A stretch of 58,614 nt of DNA, the filler included, from Sphacelaria rigidula (lineage: Eukaryota): the NCBI GenBank assembly GCA_964200075.2. It is 5 parts of 5 records of this genome, joined end to end, with 100 filler letters (N's around TTAATTAATTAA, not from the genome) between each part and the next. Parts side by side here need not be neighbours in the genome. Positions count along the whole stretch, not along the records: positions 46,973 to 58,614 come from CAXNAA020004674.1; 4 more parts are not named here. The stretch is one strand, 5' to 3'. The position numbers and the translations under genes are program-made. Shown here piece by piece: positions 50,526-58,614 of the stretch (the stretch's first letter is position 1; every line of letters begins with the position of its first letter). The notes below the pieces were generated by a model. The model was not told the DNA's origin. It did not search any database and worked only from the letters and a program-made list of their open reading frames with translations.

Positions 50526-53500
50526 GTGCAAAGTCTGCCCTTTCTGCTATTCCACAATCGAGAGTTGAATCATTCGGTCATTCATTGCAAGTGTACTCGC
50601 GTAGCCAGAATTATGCTCGTCATAGATGAAAACAGTGAAGACATTCATGGCGGGTTATTGATAGTCACACAGCTGGTGGACATCAGTTGATGGGTGACTT
50701 ACAGTATCATCTGGATCACAAGTTTGGTGTGGTCGTGTATCGTTCCAGTAAAGGTTACCGAATCGGCTATGGAAATAAGCACAATTGCGGAACACCCGTT
50801 GAATGGAATGGGAAAATGAGTAGTAAGGCGGTCTAGACGTACGCAATTGGGACTTCCCGAAGAAAACACGGGGAAATGCTCATTTAATGATAAGTACCCA
50901 GATGTGGCGGGACATGATTGCCGGATCACCCGTTCGAGCGAGAAAGAGTAAAATTTATTGTTTTTTGCTCATATATCGAGTGAGTTGAACCTTGTTCCGG
51001 TTCGATATTTGTACTGAGAAGAACTCAGAATTTGCATTCAATGTGTAGGATATTGAGCAGTGAGCTGAGGTGGATCACTTTTTTCTTGGCTTTGAACAGC
51101 TTGTGGCCACGTCCACCTCCGGCATTCTCCTTACTTCTCCGTCTTCATTTTTTCCTGCCCTTTCTCTCACATCTATGTGTGAGCTGTTTGTAATAGCCAA
51201 TAAGCACCACTTTCAAAACCAATCTGTCTTCGATTCGAGTGTTTTCGACAGCACGTTGTGCGCTCTCAGGACTTTTTCGAGTCCGTGCCACATGCTCTAA
51301 GCCTTTTCATTCGAGAGCGAGGTGCGGGCGAGTCAGGACATTATCTTCGCCTGTTGGGCAGTTGTGCTGGAATATTTAGAATGCAACCGAAACGACATAC
51401 TTCATGGCCCTCATGAGGTGTAGCCTGGCTGCCTACACGTGGCAGCCTACACGGCGCACCGTGAGCACCACATGGAACAAGGGCCGTCGCACTAATCTCC
51501 TGCTTCTTGGGTTTGTCATCACAAACAGTGGATTTTTAAATGTGCCTGTCAATAAAATGGTGCCAACTGGTATCTGAAATAGCAGCACCAGGTGACTACC
51601 TGTGCGAAGCGTTTTGGCACACTCATATGAGTTTGTGTTCTCGTAACGGTCTGTGGGGAATACCCATTTTTTTTTGTGGCAGCGGTGCCCGCCATTCGTC
51701 GTGGCTATTGGAATTCTTTACTAGAACTGCTTTTTCTGGGAACAAAAAGGTTGCACCGAATTCTTTCCGGTCACCTGTATTCAGATGCTCATTATCAATA
51801 TACTGTCTGTCGCACAAAAATTATCATCATGCACCGACAATCAACACACTCAAAAGCAATAAGAGCCACAACGACTGTTGTGTATGAAATGATGCAGAAG
51901 AGATTGTTGCGACTACGCCCTTGTTTGGAGCTGTTAGAAGAACCATGAGAGTCCGCCCGCCAGGCAAATGTTTCTTGCGCGACATGAAATCTGGTAGCTC
52001 TGCCGCAACAAACAGCACAGTGCAGTATTGACATTATGTTTGGAAACCTACAAATGGCCGTGGCAGCCAGAGGGCAGCTGTACCGTCAGAAGTAGCGTTG
52101 GCGAAGACACAGATTGCATTTGCTCCAGGAGTAGTGGATGCACTCCAGCTGAAACAAATCTTCACTGGTTACACGCGTTATTTATTCCCGCGGCCGAACA
52201 AAGCACCGCCTTTTTTTACGGGTCATCTGTTCCGTCCTTAGTGACAACAACTTCGTCCGGTGCTGTGACCCACTTGATATACCGCGTAAATATGCGAGAT
52301 TCATCAACTATTAGTAACTACGCGACGTGGCCCTTTCAAAAAGCAATCGAGTATTCACGATCATTTTGTTTTTTTTTCTGCCGTGCGGTGGTTATGTTTT
52401 GGGGTGTACACAACTGAACTGCCGAATGAAAAGGTGTCCCCCGGGCCCTTACGTGCATAATCGACAAATGATGCGCGCAGGTTGCCCCGTGGAAAACATA
52501 GTATGCGTGCAAAGCAGTTCGTTTGTGGTATTTTTCGTCAAGCACCAAGTGCGTCGCTTCGTCTCCTGTCACACCCGAACGGTCCCCAAGTAAATACTGT
52601 GCACACTCAGCAGCCGATGAAGAACCGAGGGCTGCCCTTAGAAAGGAACAGAAGTCGTCATATACGCCGTCGTGGTAGCATCATTCCGATGAATGTCCAA
52701 AAGATGAAAATATAGCACGCTGCACAAGCCATGTATGAGAGCCGCATCTTGCATCGTAATCGCAGCTTCACACTACCTCCAACTACCGACAGTCTTCGAG
52801 TAGTTGTAAGCCCTTGGTGTGTGAAAATAGAAATGACGGGCAAAAAGAGAAGTCGAACATTTTGATGTACATGTGTGCTCGTGGGTGTAAGGGGTCGGGG
52901 TTCCCCGCCAGACTACTCGAATTTGGTACTGCCCTCAACGCGGAATTCACCAGGTAAATGACCTCGTACCGAGAACGAGCAAGCAGATGCATCAACTTGC
53001 CTTTTGCTGTGTAAGGGGTCACGGTACAAAAAATTGAGCCTTGAGGACACGAGTACCTGCGGTGCTATCTTGGCTATCACCTTTCCCGGTCAAGAGGCGC
53101 TGGAATACCAACCTCGTGTGTGGAAAGATGAGTGACCACTGGTATTTGATGGTCAAGATCTGGTAAATCTCTCCGCGACACACTTTCGAATTTTGGGGAA
53201 TGTCGGCCCGCGGACGAAACATGAAAAAAACAAGATATATGGCGTGGAGGGACTGGAGGCAGGGTCAGATCTCCACCGGTTTGGTGTTGGTTCTTTACAA
53301 GAGTAGCTGGTGGCATGCTGTAAACAGTCGCCAAGTCTGAGCGGACAGACACGGACATGCAAACGAGTGAAACGATACAGGTAGTGGTATATTTCTCACT
53401 CACCCTGCGGGTATACAGTTTTTCTCACACCATTGAATGTGTGATGATATGCGAACGATGGGAAGCTAGATCTTCCATTCCTACAAGATCAACTCATGAC

Positions 53501-54653
53501 ATCGTGCTGATCTGAGTTTTCTCGAGGTGTTGACAATATAGAGCATCATGCACACTCAAGTCCTCTGGTTCTGCGCAGACGATCGTTGTTGCTCGAGACG
53601 GCATGCTATCTGGATCACAAAACTGGAAAATGATGAACATGTTATGATCGGTACCGTTAGTTACACTGCTTTACTCACTTATTGGTGATATTGATGCCGT
53701 ATGGAATAGCGGGCACAGCTTTCGAAGCTGCTCGGAAAGCAGGTCCGCTACCGTCTGCATGACATTTGGCATGGATGTTCATGATATGAGCATGTACTGG
53801 AGGCCACCCTCCGCTCGGTGGCTCAGCCAGTGTCACGTTCTTCTACACCAGGCACGGCGATCGGACAATACACCATACACCATCCCCACGTTCGTGAACG
53901 CTGCAGTGAATTGAGAGTGACCCAAACAATGTTGATGTCATTTCTCCGATCCCAGGTGTGCACGAATGAAAACATCGCAAGAGGGTATTCAGGTGACCTG
54001 CAGCATTGAGTTGTCGTCGTCACGTGCTGAACAATGGTGCGTACCTGCGGCACAATTTCGGCCGCCGACGGTTCCAAAGCTGCACGAACTAGCAGCGCTG
54101 AGGTCGGCATGGAGACGGCAGTAGGTGAGCAGGGGCTCAACGAGCGGTGGAGTGCGTGCATGCCATGAAGGATGAAACGCATGCAGTTGCCACTACTGTA
54201 CAAGGACTACATCTCAGCGCATTTTCGCATCCTCGAGCACGAACGCTTGCGCGCGAAATAGTTTCGTATGTTTGAATTTTTTCATCGACTGGTGTATTGA
54301 CACGCATTCCACATAAGGCAACTGCACATGTTCGATGGGCCACAGCTACCCCACACCACGAAATGAACGCTTAAAGTATACCTCACGTCTGAACCAATCT
54401 GCACTAACTTTAATTGATACAAATATCGCGTGTCACCGTTGGCAAGTTTGAAGTTGTCAACGATAATACGCCATCACTACCTTCCAGCCATGCACATGAC
54501 GGTGGAAACGGACGGAGGATCGGCCGTGATGTGTCCATTCTTGCAGCCTGCTTCTTCGTATTTGAATATAGTCCCATTCCTTCGTCGTGGGTGCAGCATG
54601 TGTCCTGGCCTAGTTTATGTCATCAACTTGCTTGATTTATTCGAGCTCAACTG

Positions 54654-56909
54654 GTGAAGTGCTCGTTACATGTTCTTGTCCCAGGCAGCGATCTTGGTCT
54701 GGAGGTTTTGACCACTGCCCTCAACCAGAGGTCCGCCGTGGGTGAGCCGTATTTGCCGACGAAGCAGCTACAGCTAGCTTCACTACAGCTCTGCATCGCC
54801 TGTCGCAGCTTAAGCACCCTGCGCGTGAAATGTGATCGGTTTACACCGCGCAGGCTATGGATGGACACCACCGATCAATTTACGACTGTGATAACTGGAA
54901 GTAGGAGCCGCACTGATGTAACTCGAGTGCCTCTGTTACGAGCACGCAGTGTGTTGTGGATGTCGTCTGCTGACGCGGCGTTCATGGCTCGCGAGACCCA
55001 CCTCTTGGCCAATGTGCAAAGCGTGTACTTCGACAACACATTCAATCGTAGTCTGGACTGTGTGGTGTGGCCGCCGCAACTAAGGAAGATTGTGTTTTGG
55101 AGGAGGGGCCTGGCGGGGTTCAACCAACCCATTCTGAACGTGGTTTGGCCTGTGTCGCTGCAGCAGCTGACGTTTGGAGATTCCTTTACCCAGCCGATCG
55201 AGGATGTGGCTTGGCCCCCCTCGTTGCATCTACTAACGTTCGGAGAAGACTTCAACCAGCCGATCGGGAGTGTGGCATGGCCTGCGTCACTGCAGCAGCT
55301 GACGTTCGGTGATTCCTTTAACCAGCCGATCGACAGCGTGGCTTGGCCTGCCTCGCTGCAACAGCTGGCGTTCGGATATTTCTTCAACCAGCCGCTCGGC
55401 GGTGTGTCATGGCCTGCATCACTTCAGCAGCTGACGTTCGAAACTTGCTTTGACCAGCCGATCGAGGGTGTGGCATGGCCTACGTCACTGCAGCAGCTGA
55501 CGTTGGTCGGTCACTTCAACCAGTCGATCGAGAATGTGGCATGGCCGACGTCGATGAAGCAGCTGATGTTGAGAGGTAACTTCAACCAGTCGATCGAGAA
55601 TGCGGCATGGCCGACGTCGCTGCAGCAACTGACCTTTGGATATAGCTTCAACCAGCCGATCGAGGGTGTGGTATGGCCTGCGTCGCTGCAGCGTCTGACG
55701 TTGGGATGTAACTTCAACCAGTCGATCGACGGTGTGTCATGGCCTGTGTCGCTGCAGCAGCTGTCTTTCGGTTATGCCTTCAACCAACTGATCGAGGGTG
55801 TGTCATGGCCTGCGTCACTGCAGCAACTAGTGCTCGGACATGACTTCAACCAGCCGATCGAGGGCATCGCATGGCCTGCGTCGCTGCAGCAACTAGAGTT
55901 TGGAGGTGACTTTAACCAACCGATCAAGGGCGTGGCATGGCCTGCGTCGCTGCAGCAACTGACGTTTGGAGTTGACTTCAACCAGCCGATCGAGGACGTG
56001 GCATGGCCTGCGTCGCTGCAGGAATTGGCATTGGGAAGTCGCTTCAACCAGCCGATCGAGGGTGTGTCATGGCCTTCGTACCTGCAGCAGCTGAGGCTCG
56101 GGAAAGGCTTCAACCAGCCGATCGAGAGTGTGGCATGGCCTGCGTCGCTGCAGCAGCTGACGTTAGAATTTTACTTCAACCAGCCGGTAGAAGGTGCGTC
56201 ATGGCCTGCGTCGCTGCAGCAACTGGCGTTCGGATATTGCTTCAACCAGCCGATCGAGGGTGTGGTATGGCCGGTGTCGCTGCAGAGGCTGACGATCGAA
56301 GGTTACTTCAACCAGCCGATCGAGGGTGTGGTGTGGCCTGCGTCGCTGCAGCAGCTGACGTTCGGACATAGCCTCAATCAGCCGATCGAGGGTGTGGCAT
56401 GGCCTGCGTCGCTGCAGCAGCTGACGTTCGGGCGAGATTTCGACCAGCCGATCGAGGGTGTGGCGTGGTCTGCGTCGCTTCAGCAGCTGACGTTCGGAGA
56501 TTACTTTAATCAGCCGATCGAGGGTGTTGCATGGTCTGCGTCGCTGCAGCAGCTGACGTTCGGAACTGGCTATGACCAGCCGATCAAGGGCGTGGCATGG
56601 CCTGCGTCGCTACAGCAGCTGACATTCGGTTATTCCTTCAACCAGCCGGTCAAGGGTGTGGCATGGCCTCCATCGCTGCATCAGTTAACTTTTGGAGGCT
56701 GTTTCAACCAGCCGATCGAGGGTGCGGCTTGGCCTACGTCGCTGCAGCAGCTGACGTTTGGATATAGCTTTAACCAGCCGATCACGGGTGTGTCATGGCC
56801 TGCGTCGCTGCAGCAGCTGACGCTCGGGAAATACTTCAAACGCCCCATCAAGGGTGTGACATGGCCTGCGTCGCTGAAGCGGCTGACGTTCGGATATCCC
56901 CGAAACTAG
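54654..56909 (+). CDS. FNIP/IP22-type leucine-rich repeat protein
   Basis: 751-codon open frame with 27 uninterrupted 22-aa repeats FNQPIEGVAWPASLQQLTFGxx (55119-56900), plus one degenerate N-terminal repeat. The true start is uncertain: first in-frame ATG at 54861, or an exon starting after CCCAG at 54685. Confidence 0.9.
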   Translation: MKCSLHVLVPGSDLGLEVLTTALNQRSAVGEPYLPTKQLQLASLQLCIACRSLSTLRVKCDRFTPRRLWMDTTDQFTTVITGSRSRTDVTRVPLLRARSVLWMSSADAAFMARETHLLANVQSVYFDNTFNRSLDCVVWPPQLRKIVFWRRGLAGFNQPILNVVWPVSLQQLTFGDSFTQPIEDVAWPPSLHLLTFGEDFNQPIGSVAWPASLQQLTFGDSFNQPIDSVAWPASLQQLAFGYFFNQPLGGVSWPASLQQLTFETCFDQPIEGVAWPTSLQQLTLVGHFNQSIENVAWPTSMKQLMLRGNFNQSIENAAWPTSLQQLTFGYSFNQPIEGVVWPASLQRLTLGCNFNQSIDGVSWPVSLQQLSFGYAFNQLIEGVSWPASLQQLVLGHDFNQPIEGIAWPASLQQLEFGGDFNQPIKGVAWPASLQQLTFGVDFNQPIEDVAWPASLQELALGSRFNQPIEGVSWPSYLQQLRLGKGFNQPIESVAWPASLQQLTLEFYFNQPVEGASWPASLQQLAFGYCFNQPIEGVVWPVSLQRLTIEGYFNQPIEGVVWPASLQQLTFGHSLNQPIEGVAWPASLQQLTFGRDFDQPIEGVAWSASLQQLTFGDYFNQPIEGVAWSASLQQLTFGTGYDQPIKGVAWPASLQQLTFGYSFNQPVKGVAWPPSLHQLTFGGCFNQPIEGAAWPTSLQQLTFGYSFNQPITGVSWPASLQQLTLGKYFKRPIKGVTWPASLKRLTFGYPRN
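55119..56900 (+). repeat. 27 x 66-bp coding tandem repeat
   Basis: Consensus TTCAACCAGCCGATCGAGGGTGTGGCATGGCCTGCGTCGCTGCAGCAGCTGACGTTCGGA-NNT-NNC. Confidence 0.97.
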
Positions 56910-57044
56910 CCGATTTAAGGAGTTATTTGGCCTGCGTACGTGGAGCGGGTGACGTTGGGATATAGCCTCAACCAGTCGATCGAAGTTGTGCCGCCACGTG
57001 TGTTTCTGGCTCGTCAGATCGAAAAAAGTAGCTTCTAGTAGCTG

Positions 57045-57111
57045 AGGGTTGGGGTTAGAGTTCCCTAACCCCTAACCCTAACCCTAACCCTAACCCTAAC
57101 CCTAACCCTAA
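57045..57111. repeat. Interstitial telomere-type repeat
   Basis: Eight CCCTAA units at 57063-57111, preceded by degenerate opposite-strand units AGGGTTGGGGTTAGAG. Confidence 0.9.
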
Positions 57112-58340
57112 GCGTGCGGCGTGGTGACCTGCTCGTGTGCAGCAGCTCACGTTCATGGCGCATTTTATTCGGTCAGTCGAGGCTAGAGCTTGGCTTGTGT
57201 TGATCTAGTACCTGACATTATGGCGGCGGGGTTTGATATCCAAACGATAGTCGTCGACGTGTACAGGCTAGTCTAGCCAGTCAGTGGAGTGTACTCCCGA
57301 CTCTCTATGGGTACTAATTACGTTCGTCCAGTACGTTGACTGTAAAACGTTGTACTCTTTGTACACCCAATTCGGACGGTAAGATAACCAAAACAGCTGC
57401 CTGAAGAATTAGCTGGCGAGCCGCGGGCGATATTCCAGCCAATCGTTGGGGAACAAGCTGCGTCGTTGTTGTCGGAGTTATTGTTCGTGTGTTGTTTCCC
57501 TGCTGGTGTATCTGATGCTGATCCCTCTCGTGGTCCCAAGGTATCAACCCAGAGTAGATTGTTGTTCAGTCCCCGGTGCGCAGGCTCTGTAGAGCACCTC
57601 TTTAAACAGCGCTCCAGACAGTAGGTATATTTTGGGACTGGTCTCTGTTCTCTGCGACAGTTTAGATTATCGGCTCAGTTGCTGTTACTACTCTGTATAC
57701 ACCAGTACGTGGCGAAGTAGTCGGGGAGGTCACACGTGGGGACGGATTCCAGTACAAGTAGGTCTCTGTAATTCAATCGGTCTCATACGGATCTTTCGTA
57801 GTGTAGGTGCCATTTTTTCGTTTAGATGTTTTGTTTCTTGCCTTCTTCTGTGGGCTGTTTGGGTTATGGGTATGGGTGGTATGCTCCATGCACTCTGTGG
57901 TGACACGGGTTCGAAAGATCGAGCTAATGTGACGGATATAATGATGAAGAATAATAAAGTTGTAACAGAAGTAGGAGGAGTCACAAATATCAACAGACAC
58001 GATGTTTTTTTTATTTATTCAATTCCATATAAAAATATTATTATTATTACTATTTATTAATATAATTCCTAGATATTCCTTAGTTATTTAAAAATAATCG
58101 ATTTTTAATTTGAAGAATTACTATTTTTTTTCTTGTTATTATAAATATAAAAGTGATTGAAGAAGAATGAAAAATAGTTACCCTAGAAGATCTGATGCGG
58201 CAGATGACCAGTAAGGGTGAATAAGAGGGGAGTCCACCGCCCACACTCAGTACGCGAAGCTAAGAAAAAGAAAAGGAAACTACCAACATGAGGTTACCCA
58301 GATGATCAAAGCTCCATGATTCTATCCCCCCCTACTGGCG

Positions 58341-58614
58341 GGGATGATGAAATTCTTTGATGCATTAGACAAAAGGGAGAACACGATGGCTTTACTGGGA
58401 GATGATTGGTGGCCAGAGACGGCGATACAGGACGGGGATAAGACGTGTTGAAGGTTTTTGTGTAATGTATGGAAAAAACGTAATGAGCTGGTGAAGAAAC
58501 GTGGTGAGCGTCAGAATGTAGGAGGTGTCTCTATCAGGAGTAGGAACAATGCTTCGTCTTGAAAGGGATGCGTGGTCAATGGTCAAACGACTAAGGCAAA
58601 CAACAAATGAGTAC
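58341..58614 (+). mobile_element. 5'-truncated family A retroelement running to the contig end
   Basis: Aligns with about 19632-19886 (TTGATGCATTAGAC...GGTGGCC...GAAAGGGATGCGTGGTCAATGGTCAAACGACTAAGGC...TGAGTAC). The left flank begins with C7 (58326-58332). Confidence 0.85.

Noticed and set aside
54875-56371. Repetitive alternative-frame and antisense ORFs over the FNIP gene
   Set aside because: They are shadows of the 66-bp coding repeat and are broken by stops.
55119-56900. FNIP array as a CRISPR array or a proven DGR
   Set aside because: The variable part is only about 6 nt within an open reading frame. No template repeat or DGR-type RT is present in the contig, and other adenines in the repeat are conserved. 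Kept only as a hypothesis.
57063-57111. True chromosome end
   Set aside because: There are only eight units, and non-telomeric sequence lies on both sides.

Overview
Eukaryotic, intron-rich, repeat-rich DNA. It is most likely a stramenopile such as a brown alga; this is inferred from multi-kb GT-AG introns, TTAGGG-type repeats and gene content. The window is not contiguous. It consists of five contigs (1-11644, 11745-23387, 23488-35130, 35231-46872, 46973-58614; 11644/11643/11643/11642/11642 bp) joined by artificial 100-bp spacers (44N-TTAATTAATTAA-44N), so adjacency across spacers has no biological meaning. Supported genes: (i) six internal exons of a DEX1-like FG-GAP repeat protein (828-10989, +), with consistent splice phases; (ii) exon 1 of a class II fumarase (40661-40961, +); (iii) two exons of an unknown coiled-coil protein (about 27015-27908, +); (iv) an FNIP/IP22-type leucine-rich repeat ORF with 27 intact 66-bp repeats (54654-56909, +). 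The rest is mostly transposon debris: Copia fragments, a degenerate hAT transposase, hAT-, Tc1/mariner- and PIF/Harbinger-type MITEs, tRNA-derived SINEs and microsatellites. Two signals stand out. First, the FNIP array has two hypervariable codons per repeat with an NNT-NNC pattern: bases 1-2 vary freely while the wobble base is nearly fixed, suggesting a diversified receptor. Second, a non-LTR retroelement family ends in a poly(C) tail, and its target-site duplications begin with a C tract.
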